Assembly (NCBI RefSeq): GCF_009914755.1
Contig: NC_060931.1
Direction: 5' to 3' (one strand)
DNA length: 64,000 bases
DNA from: the human T2T-CHM13v2.0 reference genome, Homo sapiens
The notes under the pieces are model-generated. The model saw only the letters and a list, made by a program, of their open reading frames with translations, did no database searches and was not told the origin of the DNA. This document shows positions 14,851-29,645 of this stretch, in pieces. Positions within the stretch are counted from its first letter, which is position 1; each line of letters starts with the position of its first letter. The position numbers and the translations under genes were made by a program.

Positions 14851-17800
14851 AAATCCATTCTCTTTGGCTGGCTGTATTTACTTTCTTGTTCTTAGAATTC
14901 TGAACAAAACATTAGGGATCAGAACAGGCAATCACACATACTAATGCTGAAATAAAATCATATTTCCAGGTCTGCTAGTGTTGTCTCCTTCACCACTGCC
15001 CTCCATCATAGTCCTCCATTCAGAGCTGACCTCTACCCCCAGCTGGTCATATTGCTTTTCCTTGCTGCCCCAGTACAATGAGCAACCATGGGAATACAGT
15101 CTCAGGATACCCAGGTTTTCACTATACTGAAGAGTTTACATGCAAAGCTCATCATCTTCTCTCATACAGCAGGTCCCCATTTCTAACTTTGATAGCATTC
15201 TCATTCAGGAGGGAAGTCTTGGATGGTTGTTCACTCCTGATTCTTTTTCCTCATCTGTATCTGGTCCTAGCAACTCTACTTCCAAGTTTTCAGATATTAG
15301 TAACAGACTAACAGCTTCATTAACTTGGATTTTGGTTCTCTGTGAAAGTAGCCTCAAGATCTGCCAAATCTGAATCTTAGTTCCATATTCCATCCCTTAA
15401 CCTTAGATTTCACATTACACAAATTGCCAACACCTCTCTATGGCTCACCCATCTGTCCTGTCAGCCCTTCATATCCTGTTAAACACATAGACTTGTTGAC
15501 TCTTTCTTCCTCCAAATCTGGAATAAAGCGACAGTCCCACAGCTGATGTTCATGTCTCTTGGTCTCTTCCCTTCAGCCATCCTTTGTGATGTAGATAGAC
15601 TAATCATCCCAAGATACTGCTTCTCTGAATTTTTTGCCCAATCCTTAGAGTGACTTTTTTATAAATACACTATTTGGCCCAAATTTGTCAGAGTTAAAGA
15701 AAAACTTGCCTGATAACTGTTCTTTCTTAATTGGCCAGCATCTTCTCTCATTATTTAAACTTATGTTCCCACTGATTTGACAGTCTTCTTTACATGTGAC
15801 TCACGGTGCAACCTCCATGCCTTTATTCTGGCTGTTCTGATTCATTCTTCAACTCCCAGCCTTCAAAACACATCGCACTCCCACCCCTCCTCTGGAATAA
15901 TTGACTGCTCCAGTTGACCCTCATTTTTCAGTCTTCCGAAGTCATTGCCATGTTACTTGAAACCTCCATAATGAAGCACATGGCGTAAAACAGATATTTA
16001 ATAAATATTTGATCATTTCAAAGATAGTTTTCCAACCAATGGAATTGAAGAGCAATAAAGGCATGTCTTGGGGAAAGCAGGTAGTGATAATGGCAAAGTA
16101 ATCAGTGCACAAATTTTTAGCAATATGTAGCTAATTCTGAGGTAACTAAAGCTCAATTAACAATATTTGTAATATTGCATGTCAGCAAAGAAAAATATGT
16201 AAGCAAAGCATGTTTCAGGATGATCCTTCTAAAGGATAGTCAATCACCTGTGGTACTATCATCAATGGTACTAGTATTGGTCAACATATGTGGTATAGGT
16301 GGTCGGGCCTTCTCTTTAACTAATCAGATGAATATTTAATATAGCTTCCCAAGCCTAATCCTTGGCTGAACTGTGACACATGATCAGCTGGTGTGTACCT
16401 CTACCCTCTAATAAAGCCGAACCATGCATTTTCCTTCCCCTCCCCAAACTGATGGTAAAACCCACCAAATTTGCATATAGCCTCCTCTCCCCATGATTAT
16501 GGCATCAGATGTTTATAGATGGTTCTGTTTGAGTTGATCCTAAATAAGGGAGACTTTTACCATTGTAACTGCTGTTCCCAAAGCGTAACATAAACTGCTT
16601 TAGTCAGCAAAATATATATATCATCTTTGCCTTGGTAGATATTGAATTGCTGACTCTCTCTTCTTTAGACCCAGTAGTCATTTCTTTACCTCCTTAATTT
16701 ATGCATGAAGCCAAAAGAAAAATTACTTCATATTCTTAATAAAAATGGCATAAGGTTTAGATAATTTTTTACTATATGCAGTAAAAATGCAAATGTGTGT
16801 GGCTTATTTGCAAATGTAGACATTAATAACTGATATTTAAACAGTCCAGATTAGCAATTTTACTGATATATTTAAGAGATTTTTCCAATAATTTGCACAC
16901 TCAAAATCAATTTGAATACAACATGTAAATTGAATTTAATTTTTTATATAAAATTGTGGTTATCAGCTTGAACCATTAAATTTACTATTTAATATATGCT
17001 TTCCAGATCACTTGGTTAGAATTTCATTGCACCTTATCTATATAAATTTAATTAGGCTTGATATCATCAGTATATTATAGAACTAATTAAAGATTTAGAT
17101 AAGTGCTGAGGGGGCTTATTGAAAACTCCATAAAGTTCCATTTGGAAAATGAGATATTCTTCCTTCAGTTCATTGTGAGAGAAGGAAACAGCAAGAATGC
17201 TTCTTGCAGTGTTTCTGAAAAATTATTTAACTGGATTTAAAGGGCTTATTCCATTCTTTGAAGAGCTTTTTAATTACTCTCTATCTTTGTGCAGTCCAAC
17301 AACAGTTACAATCTTTATTTAAAGGCTTTAAAAATCCTCATTTCCATCTTCTCCCACTGAGCCAGCTGTGTTACATTCTGCTGGGCATATGTGCAGGTAG
17401 GTAGTACAGGGTTTGTGTACCCTGATTGCGATCATATAATATGTAGCAGCATTTGTGGGGAAGTCTATCTAGTCCTCCCAAGCAGAATAAACATTGAGAA
17501 AGCTCAGCGAGCGCCTGCCACAAATGTCTTAGGAAAAGGGAAAAGAAAGAAACCCTAGCCCAGGAGGATACCTGGGAAAAACTGAGGCTTCCACTCAAAA
17601 GATACAGCGACTTTAAGTAATCATTTTGCAGAAATCACTTTTGGATTCCCTTGTATCTGCATCTCTGCTATAGAGTATAAAGCATATTAGTTTAAAAGAC
17701 TATTATTTCAACTAAGTGCTTTGTGTCTTCATTACAAAGCACAATAAAGCTTTTTAATACAATAAAGCCTTTATTACTTTCAATTGAATATGCCTGGAAA

Positions 17801-18019
17801 TAAAGCTTTATCAACCACATTTGCCAGTGTGCTCAATGCTCTTGTCAAAAGCACTTTTTCTTCATTGCAGATTGAGTGACACAGAGCATGCTAGGAAAAA
17901 AAAAAAAAGGAAAGTGAAAGGACACATGACAAATATGGGCCATCTACGACTGGGCACACTGTCGATTATGACAGAGGCCTGAGGAAGCCAGGGAACCGGA
18001 TAAATTGTCAAGAGCCTGT

Positions 18020-18479
<460 letters not shown>

Positions 18480-21015
18480 AATGCTGCCCCTTCCCCCACT
18501 GCAGTCTCCCTCATGGGTTCGGATGGTTTTTAAATGTCATATATTCTAGTCTACTCCATTTTTTTTTCCAGATATGGAAACTGAGGTACAGTGGGATTGT
18601 GTGGCATGATCGTAATCACTAGTTAGCTAGTGCTGGGGCAAGGACTGGAATAGATGCCTCAGAGATGTCATGTTATGTCTGTGCTGTCACACAGCACATA
18701 AAGGAGCAGATAATTATTTTCTTAATGACACCCTGGCTGCATTTGGTAGGGGTGGGATTTTTTCCCCCAAGCAACTATTACTGAAACACATCACTGCTGT
18801 TTTCCTGCTCAAATGGTTTGTAAACATTTACACCCCCCAGCCTGAGAAAACATTTGCAGAAACATTTGGGTCACAAACCAATGTTTGCTTCACCAGCACA
18901 TTTGAAATATTTCTCTTTGAAAACATTAGAAATGTTTGTCAGTAAAACAGATTCTCAACAGAAGTATAAATCTGGAAAGGGAGGGACACCCACAGCCACC
19001 TGGTTTGGTGCATTCAGGGTCCTCCAGGGATAGCAGTTTCTTCCTGGTCCCTAGGAATGTGTGACACCTCCCAGCATCACCGTAGACTCTGACATTTCTT
19101 GGGTGTAAACTATTAGGGGCACATTGAGGAGTGCAATGGTTTCGGGGGAGGTTTGGAGGTGGCAAGTTTGTTCTCTCATGCAGCTGTGAATGTAGGGTAG
19201 TTGTTGAGAAGGAAGTGTAAAGAGAGGAGGCAGGAGATTGGCCAGGGCAGTCTCTGTGTAGAGAAGGACAGGCTGAGGCTTACTTGATTCTTCCTCATCT
19301 TTTCCCTCATTCCCCAACACAGCCTCTACAGCTCCAACACAGTTGTGCTAATTGGAAGTGGGGCCTTTAAAATAACCTTGGTTTGTAGCCCTGGCCTGAT
19401 CGGTGATGGAGCATGGTCTAGGAACTGGATCAGCAGTTTGGAGTCCAGGCAGAGTGGGTTGAACCCTAACTCTATTTCTGACTCATGGATAATCTCAACT
19501 AATCCACCTTGCCACTGGGTGAAGCCTAGTGGAGAAGAGCTCAAAGGAGCCTGTGTAGAGTTTGCTCAAAAGAGTCCTTGTCACCACCTTCCTCCCATTT
19601 TGTTTTCTCCACCAATATCCAGGTCATGAGAGCAGCCCTTCCTCTGAGCCACAGGGAAGTAATCAATAAGGCCACATCCCGCTCACTGACATCCCCACTG
19701 AAACAGGTGAAGCACATGTGGAAGGTCATGAGATTTTTGAAAGCACTAGAAATTAGGAGACTAATTCTGAAGGTAGCAAGTGTGAGGGAAATGGAACCTC
19801 TGCTGCGTCCTGCCTACCACCGTCTTCTGCAGGATTTGTAAAAAACTAGGTTCAGGTTTCCAGGCTATTTTTGCTGCTGTTTGAACAGTGTCTACTTTTT
19901 CTACTAGGAATCAGCATGTATTTTCTTTGACATCTGTATCTGCTGAGATCACAGGCCATCCTGGTCACCACCTTGCTGTCTAGAACAGCGTCAACTCAAC
20001 TGAGCAGTCATCCATTACCACGCATAAAGATCTGAAGGTCCACTCTGTGAAAGAGCAGACAATTGCAAGGCATCTCCTCCTTCGCTTTAATGTAGCACAC
20101 GTTAGCACAATGTGCACACTTGGAGCAGTCATCTGCACCTCAGTTTCCAGCTCCCCCGATCCAATGCTGTTAATATGTTCTTGCCAGACACTTATATTCA
20201 CATAGCACTTTACAATCGACATAGGGCTTTCACAAATATGATTTCAGTGAGTCTCTTGATGAGTCAACATTTTTGTCTCCCCAAGCATTTTCTGATTTGA
20301 ACTATTTTCTCACAGCCTAACTCAGCAGTTTTCCTGGAATGATGTGTGGGAGGTAGGGTATGATAGTGTATTGCTATGTAGTCAAACTTTAACCCTGAAA
20401 GTATAAAAGAATTCAATACTGGTGTTATTGTTAACTAGCCAGGTGACCTTAGGCAGGTGTTTTGCCTTTGGAGCCTCAGGTTGTGAGGACTAAATCAGGT
20501 GTATGTGAAAGGACCTGGTATATAGTAAGTGTTAAATGCTAATTGTTCCATATAATTATGGTCCTCCTTAATAATAAACATTAATAGAATCATTAGTGAA
20601 TCTTTGGCTGAATTATATTTCTATCATACGTAGAGTTGTTCCCAATTCTAACCTATATTTCTCGTAAGGGTTACTCATTACTAGTTGTTATCAATGTTTC
20701 TTGAGAACAGTATGTAGGGATGGAGAAAGTTCAAAGGCATTTAGTACAAAGATGCTGGGGGTCAGTTAACTTACAAAAGCGTAGAGCCCTGAGACATGAC
20801 TTTAATACATTTCTGGGGCACTTAGTGAAAATGTGAGCTGGTGAAGATGTTGCCATATCTGTCAGCTTACAGAATCTTCTGTGCACTTATCACAGGAGAA
20901 CATGGAACTGCAGCAAACATCTCAATTAATGGATCAATCCTCACAACAGTATTGGCTGCGGACAGATGTCTTCTGTATAGTTAAGAAGTGAGGGTTCCAG
21001 TTTATAGGATTTGCA

Positions 21016-21346
21016 TTTTTATAACAGCTTTATCAAGATATAATTTACATACCATAAACATTAACCCTTTTAACGTATGCAATTCATTGGTTCTTAGTAT
21101 AGTCACAGCGTTGTACAGCCATCATCACCAGCTAGTTTTGGAACATTTTCATCACCCCGAAAGGAAACCCCATATCCATTAGCAGTCACTCCTCATTTCC
21201 CCCAAACGCTACCCCTGGCAACCATACATCTACTTTCTGTCTCTGTGGGTTTGCCTCTTCTGGATAGATCATAGAAGTGAAATTACACAATATTTAGTCT
21301 TTTGCGGCTAGCTTGTTTCAATTAGCATAATATTTTCAAGATTTAT
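21016..21346 (-). mobile_element. L1MB-like 3' end
   Basis: acagctttatcaagatataatttacataccata...cattttcatcacccc...tctactttctgtctctgtgg, the antisense L1 3' UTR pattern. Confidence 0.85.
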
Positions 21347-21617
21347 AAAATTAGCACTTGTCTTAATAACAGGGTATGAGACAGTTAAAAATATACTCAG
21401 GTACACATCCCAACACCTGGCCTACAGCCTGCTCTCTTTTTCATTTCCTTTTTCTGTAGGGGTGGGGAGAAGGAAGCTAAAGTGTTTATATCGAAGTATG
21501 GCATACACACAGTAAACTGCACAGATCTTAAGTACACAGCTTGATTCCTCTTGACAAAGAGAATACACCCTTATAACCATCACTCCTATAAAAATACAGA
21601 ATGTTAAAACCACCTCA

Positions 21618-22004
<387 letters not shown>

Positions 22005-23242
22005 TTATCTATTAATACAGGTAGTAAGTACGTGGTCCCCTGAGCCCGGGAGACCTTTCCCCAGTACTCCAGGCCTCAGTTACCTGCGTTCGTTAATGTT
22101 GGTTCCCAGGGAAAACAAAGCAGCACCAAGCACTCAGGACCCATGGCCTCTTCTTCTGAACCCAGGGACTCCCATGCCTTTGCATTTTCTCCTCGCTTTT
22201 GTCCCCAGCTGTCCTTCTAAACACCAGCAAGCTCTCAGCACAGGTCATTACAAAAAACAGTTCAGGGGAGTGGGGCGGGCTGTAGGGGGAGCATTAACCC
22301 CCGTCAGGGACAACTGGGGGCAAATGTTGCGCTCCAAAGGCAGATGTTTTGAGGAGGACTCCTAATTGTGACAAAGGCAGCCCCTGCACACTGGATGCTG
22401 GCCAGCCTCTGCCATTAACACGCCTACCTCCTCACTGGTGTGATCAAATTGGTACTGCTCTTATGAAATTATGTGTGTTAGCTGGCTCTTCAGAAATAAA
22501 ATATCTTTTCTTAAAGAAATTAAGGTTTCATTTTAAATTGACTTTATGGCCTTTGAAAAACTTTAGTTTTTGTGTGGTCCAAAGCTATAGGTTAGCATTA
22601 GCATTTAAATAGAGGCATTAAACTTGCCTGAAGACCTTCCTCTCATAATGTAGCCCTTTCTGAGAGGTTTTTTCAAATCAGATACTTTTTCGTCCTAAAA
22701 AATGAATGCAAATGCTCTCTATATTTTTCCCCTCAAAGGCCTTTTTTCTTTATATGTAGACTTAGGAGAGCCACATTGTGGAGCAGCCTCAGTATTAGTC
22801 TTTTTGTATGGAAAGGGCCACGTAAAAAAAAAATTGCTATTCTCTCCTACAATGCCTGATTTTCTCTGCTGACTCTCAGGATGTATTTGCCTATGGTTAA
22901 TTTTATCCTATTGTATGTCATTCCACTCCAGACACCCCCCAAAGGCACAAATCCCCATTCTACAACTAAGAATCTAATGTAAACTCCTGCTATGTAACAG
23001 TGACTCTAGGAGTTCCCAGTGTCCCCAGCAAATCCCCATCACTTTAGTAGAATCAGAGCTTGAGCTTTTGAACTGGATGAACTAGAGTTTGAGTCGTGTC
23101 CATCACAAGGAGGTTTTGTGACCTTCTCTGACCCTTTATTTATCTGCCAAATTAAGGTTATCAAGCCTTTCTTGTATGTTTGTCAAGAGTTTAAATGAGA
23201 TCATATTTGTACTCCTGATTTATACTCTGTGCTCTTAGGTCC

Positions 23243-23956
23243 TGTAACCTAACCGGACAGGTTCTTCCTGCCTGCTGCACAAATAAAGACCATGGCCTTG
23301 CGGTAAAGAAAGAGTTTAATTGATGCGAGGCTGGCCATGCCACACAGTAGATGGAGTTGTTACTCAAATCAATCTCCCCAGAAATTCAGGGATCAGGGTT
23401 TTTAAAGATAATTTGGTGGGCAAGGGATCAGAAAGTAGGGAGTGCTGATTGGTTGAGTCACAGATGAAATCATAGGGAATTGAAGCTGTTCTCTTGCACT
23501 GAGACATTTCCCAAGTGGGGGCCACAAGACCAGATGAGCCAGTTTATTAATTTGGGTGGTGCCAGCAGATCCACTGAGTGCAGGGTCTGCAAAGTATCTT
23601 AAGCACTGATCTTAGGTTTAACAATAGTGATGTTATCCCCGGGAGCAATTTGGGGAGGTTCAGAATTTTACAGCCTCCAGCTGCATGACTCCTAAGCCAT
23701 AATTTTGAATCTTGTAGGTAATTTTTTAGTCCTGCAAAGACAGTCTAGTCCCCAGGTAGGAAGGGGTTTGTTTTGAGAAAGTGCTGTTGTCATCAAAGTT
23801 TAACTATAAGCTAAGTTTCTCTCAAAGTTAGTTCAGCATATGCCCAGGAATGAGCAAGGACACCTTGGAGGTTAGAGGCAAGATGGAGTCTGTTAGGTCA
23901 GGTTCTCTTTCACTGTAATAACTTTCTCAGTTACAATTTTTGCAAAGGCAGTTTCA
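23243..23956 (-). mobile_element. LTR8-family (LTR8A-like, ERV1) solo LTR
   Basis: Minus strand starts TGAAACTGCCTTTGCAAAAATTGTAACTGAG; TG...CA termini; perfect 4-bp TSD GTCC at 23239-23242 and 23957-23960. Confidence 0.88.
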
Positions 23957-24339
23957 GTCCCCCTCCCTCACATTTCAACCAGACCAGTTGAGGAGTAGGT
24001 TAGGAGGAACCTTTGAGTAAAGGGTGTCCTCTTATTTCTTATGTTCTCACTGCTAGCCTTCTCTTTCCTTTCAGCCACCGGCCTCATCTCAGTAAAGTTG
24101 TGTGTATTTTAATGGCCCCAGGTCACATTTGACCTGAAGGAGACATACTAGAGGTGAGAGCCTGATGTGTTGTTCTTTACTGAGGTGCTGCCATCCTTCT
24201 CTCTTTGAGGTTGATTTTGTTTAGCTACAAGCTTGGGGATGTGGAGTTGTGAGGAAACCTTCTAGAAGATTGGCGTGGTCTGGTACTAGAAAAAAAAAAT
24301 AGCCAAGTTGCCCAACAGTCTGAAGGCTTTCTTACCCTC

Positions 24340-25240
24340 AGGTCCATCCTCCATGCTGCAGCTGGAAAGGTCTTTCTAAAACACAGTTGTCATCATGTGT
24401 GACTTCTTTCTAAAATCGTCTGTTTCCAGATTCCTCCCTGTCATTGGTTCCAGATTCCAGGGTGTATGTAAACTGAAACTGATTGTCCTCATCTATACGA
24501 AAATTAGAAAAATAATGACTGTACTTTGTGAGTTTCTCATAAATAATGACTAAAAGTTTCTGAGTTTCCCACACAATAAAACATTTAACCTTTTTGTTCT
24601 GAGATTATTTTCTTTCCACTTAAGGAGTGTTAAAATACCTTCTTTTATCAAATCTTGGTAATAATAAATGGTAATTGTTTTGTTTGAATAATCTAGGCAA
24701 AATAAAGCTTAATTCACCTTCATCCTTCCACTCACCCATGAAAGTCCAAAATCTTAGCATGGCCCACAGGTCTGTTAGGCTCTAGGCCCAGCTTGCCTTG
24801 CCCACCTTTCCCCTTCCTTGCTCTTCCCCACACCCCATGCACTCCAGTGAGGAATAAACCACTTGTCGTTTTCCCCAAATACCGTATTCTTCCTACTGTC
24901 CCACCCAGTTCACACATTCTGTTTCCTTTGCTCGTGGAGGACTTTATTTCCTTCATATTTGCCTCATTGTTGACAACTTCTCCTTCTCTATTAAGCCTTC
25001 CCTGGCTGCTCTCAGAAACCTACAGCCCTTCCTGCCTGTGATCTTAGAGAATCTCCTCCAGACCTTTATTATGGCCACTGTCACATTGCTATAAGTACAT
25101 ACAGTGCCTGGCTACTTTCACACCAGACTCTGCATCGCCAGAGAACAAGGACTATGTTTTACTTACCTCTGCATCCACAGTATCTACTGTATACTACCTG
25201 GTTTGTCATTGATGCTGAAATATTTGTTGAGCAAGTAAAC
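24340..25240 (+). mobile_element. L2 3' fragments (interrupted)
   Basis: aaagtccaaaatcttagcatggccc... and terminal aaatatttgttgagcaagtaaac typical of L2 3' end. Confidence 0.6.
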
Positions 25241-25354
25241 AAATTTAAAAAGGACTTCGAAAGGCACTATATAAGCAGTGAGGATGATACAAAGAGTCAT
25301 AAGACACAGTCTTTGACATCAAGGAGCCTACAGTCTAGGTGAGGTTAATAAATA

Positions 25355-25680
25355 CTAATAATGGTACATCCACACAATTGAGTACTCTGCCACCATTAAG
25401 AAGAATGAGGCAGGTTGATATGAACTGAAATGGAACCTTCTCCAGGCTCTATTGTTAAGTAGAAAAAGTAAGGTGCAGAACAGTATGTAAACACCATTTA
25501 TCCTTAGATATATTTGTGTGTTTATATACACACACACATTCAAGAAAGACTGCTTCTATATGTATAAAATATATTTGGAAGGATACCCTGGAAACTAGTA
25601 ATAGTAATTGTCTCTAGGAAAGGAAATGGTGGGAGAGAGGCTTTACGCTATATGCTTATTTTGTACCATTATCTTTTTAC
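25355..25680 (+). mobile_element. L1ME-like 3' fragment
   Basis: atggtacatccacacaattgagtactctgccaccattaagaagaatgagg... L1 3' UTR motif. Confidence 0.65.
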
Positions 25681-25689
25681 GTAACAAAA

Positions 25690-25860
25690 AATATTATGTG
25701 CCAGGCGCTGTTCTAAGCACTTTATAAATATTAACTTGCTTAGTCTTCTTAACAATTCTATGAGCTAGGTGCTATCAATATCCTCATTTTACAGATGAGG
25801 AAACTGAAGGCTTACAGGTTAAATAACTTTCCCAAGTTCACAAAACTAGTAAGTAAATAC
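25690..25860 (-). mobile_element. MIR
   Basis: atgtgccaggcgctgttctaagcacttt...cattttacagatgaggaaactgaagg. Confidence 0.85.
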
Positions 25861-26810
25861 CCTAGTAACCTTTTTTATTGTATCATCAGCTCAAAAAGAA
25901 TATTAAGAGTTTTTTTTAAAAAAGATATGATTCTACAGGATAAATGTTAAGTGGGTTACCCATGCAGTAAGTGACAGAGAAGAAATAAATTGCTCAGGAT
26001 AGCTTCATAGAGGGTAGAGGATTTAGCGATTTTGAACATGAAGTAGGCTCTAGATACTTAGAGCCAAAAAGTACTAAGTATTATTCAGGGGACAGTGAGT
26101 AGCTCAATTTGGTTTGAATGGCAGGTTGAAGCAGGGAAGAACTGGGAGAAAATGTGGAATACAGGTCAAGTCTTTAAAAGGCCTTGGATGTCAATGTTGG
26201 AAGTTTGGACTTGATTCTGTTAGCACTAGTGAACACACAAGGTTTTTTTTTTATTATTATTAAATACAGAATAGTGATATGATCCAACTAAGAACTGGGG
26301 GTTAGTCTAGGAGGAGTGAGTGAGTGAGGTGGCCAGTTAAGAGGCAACTGTAACAATCCAATGAGAAGAGTGTAGGATCTGTGATAGTGAGATTGGAAAG
26401 AAGAAATGAATATGAAAGATGTTGCATTGATAGACCTGGTGACAACTGGACCAAAAAAATGAAGGAGAGTGAAGATTCCAGGTGACACTGAGATTTTGAG
26501 GTTTTGCAAGCTAGTTCCGTTAAGCAAAATTCAGTGGCTAGGGAGGCCACCTGACAAGGGCAGCTGATAGAAATGTCTGCAGACAAGTGAAAATGACGTT
26601 TTGATCTACTGAGAAACCAGATCTTGAGAAAGACATCTGAGCATTATATATATGCACAGATAAGACTTTCAGAAGCAGAGAGAGAAGAATGGAGGGCCCC
26701 CACCTGACTGGCAGGAACACCTGCAGCAGGCAGACACAGAGCCAATAGCAGAATCAGAGAAGAAACTCAGAGGGAGCTGGGAGAAGTGCCTTAAAAATGT
26801 GGCTTCATGG

Positions 26811-27103
26811 GGCCAGGCACTGTGGCTCATGCCTGTAATCCTAGCACTTCGGGAGGCCGAGGCAGGTGGATCATGAGGTCAGGAGTTCAAGACCAGCCTG
26901 GCCAAGATGGTGAAACCCTGTCTCTACTAAAAATACAAAAAATTAGCTGGGTGTGGTGGCACATGCCTGTAATCCCAGCTACTCCGGAGGCTGAGGCAGA
27001 GAATTGCTTAAACCTGGAGGGGCAGAGGTTGCAGTGAGCCGAGATCGCGCCGCTGCACTCCAGCCTGGGAGACAGAGCGAGACTCCGTCTCAAAAAAAAA
27101 AAA
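26811..27103 (+). mobile_element. AluS (Sg-like) SINE
   Basis: Full Alu with ggatcatgaggtcaggagttc; first of a tandem pair. Confidence 0.95.
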
Positions 27104-27120
27104 AAAAACTTGGCTCCCTG

Positions 27121-27463
<343 letters not shown>

Positions 27464-28561
27464 TCAAGGAAAAGAGGACTTAGGAAAAGCTGCTGTGCGT
27501 GTCCATGAAGACGTCATTGACGACCCTTTTCATAGACACATTGGAGGCTTAGAAAGGACAGGCAGTGAATACAAATGATTTGTTCAAGAAATTCAACAAT
27601 GAAAAGGAGAAAAGACACGAGGGGAGAGATGGAGTGGACATGGGATGACATAAAGGGTTTGGGGTTTGTTTCTTGATTTGTTTTTCCAAAATGTGAGAAG
27701 GAGGATGTTTGAAGCAGACATGAAAGAACCAGTGAAAAGGGAAGATACTGGATACAAGAGTTAAAAATAAAACAAAAACCCAGCAGAGTCTTGAAAGCAT
27801 TGGGAGGGGTGAGGATCAAAGGCATAGGGTTAATCTTACAAAAAGAAAAAAAGAAAAGAAACCCCTCTTCTTCTGAGTCAAGAGGGAAGGATTGATTTTT
27901 TTTTTTTAATGTATGTCAGCATGGAGGATGTGATACCTCATACAATTGTGAGACCCATAGAGATAATATATACATGAACAATGGCCAATACAGACTACAG
28001 AGGAGGATGCAAACAAAGTTAGCTGTTATTTTTATCATTTGTATTATATCACATAGCAGGTGTTCTATCATATCATTTGATTAATCTTCAAACCTAATGT
28101 GATGTAATATTATTTATCCCATGCCTAAATGAAAAAACTGAAGTTGAGACAGGTTCAGAAATTTCCAGTCATGCATCTTAGGTAAAAGATGTGGGATTCA
28201 TGCCTAAATCTGCCAGAGAATGAAAAGCTGAGAAGGATTACAGATCACTAGTGAAAACACGGATCTCTGTTGTCTCCCCCTTTTCCATTAGCGACCATTA
28301 TCCTGACCATCTCCCCCCGGAGTTACATCAGAATAACCCTTTGTGTTTTATACAGATCAATTATTTCATTCATAGTTCCTCTTTTCCCAGTGTCAGAGAA
28401 TCATAGACTGCTTTTTAGATTGTATGCCATACTTAATGACATGTATAGACTATCAGCTGTCTCATTCATTCATTCTTTTTCATTTACTCAGCATTCACTA
28501 GTTACCGTCTTCTTAGGCCAAGGGGTAGGAGCAAGTTGAATATAGAATTCAGCCCTGCTCT

Positions 28562-28672
28562 AGAGAATGGCGTGAACCCGGGAGGCGGAGCTTGCAGTGA
28601 GCAGAGATTGCACCACTGCACTCCAGCCTGGACGACAGAGCGAAACTCGGTCTCAAAAAAAAAAAAAGAAGA
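28562..28672 (+). mobile_element. 5'-truncated AluY (~110 bp)
   Basis: gagaatggcgtgaacccgggaggcggagcttgcag...poly(A); perfect 17-bp TSD AGAATTCAGCCCTGCTC at 28544-28560 and 28673-28689. Confidence 0.93.
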
Positions 28673-28734
28673 AGAATTCAGCCCTGCTCCAATAGAACCT
28701 GCATTGGAGGAGGGGGAAGCAGATACTTGTTTAT

Positions 28735-28950
28735 GTACTAAATGCTTCTACATTCTTACTCTGTCTAGCCACTGTTCTTAATCATTTAAGCCTTGGAACA
28801 ACCCTATGTTACTATTTCCTTTTCTCAGATGAAGAGAATAAGGCACAGAGAGATTAATAACTTGACCAAAGTTGTACAAATAGGAAGAGGCAGAATTGGG
28901 TTTAAATCCCAGGCAACTGGCTCCCGAGTCCATGATCTTAACCATTGTAT
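28735..28950 (-). mobile_element. MIR
   Basis: ttttctcagatgaagagaataaggcacagagagattaataacttgaccaaagtt...tttaaatcccaggca. Confidence 0.8.
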
Positions 28951-29345
28951 ATGCTGATGGAAGTATATCTGATTTTATATATATATATATATATTTAAAT
29001 ATATAATTTTAAATATATTTTGGAAATATATTTTTTAGTTGGAGATGAATGCTAAAAAGAAAATTAAAGCTCATTTAAAGGACAAAGCTTGATGAGGATG
29101 GAGCAAGTAACATTTAAAATAAGGTGGTCAGGGAAAACCTCACTTACTGATAAGCAGACATTTGAGCAAAAATTGACCTGAATCTCTCTTAATCTTCTAT
29201 TTTCCTCCAACCTCCTGTCCCTTTAATCCCATCTGATCCTCTTTTCTGATTTTCTTTCAGTTGGCTTACAGTATAAAGCAAAAGAAGAACTATGAAGTAC
29301 AACAAAGACAAATTAATGTCACTTCCTTGCTCTATAGCTGGTACT

Positions 29346-29645
<300 letters not shown>

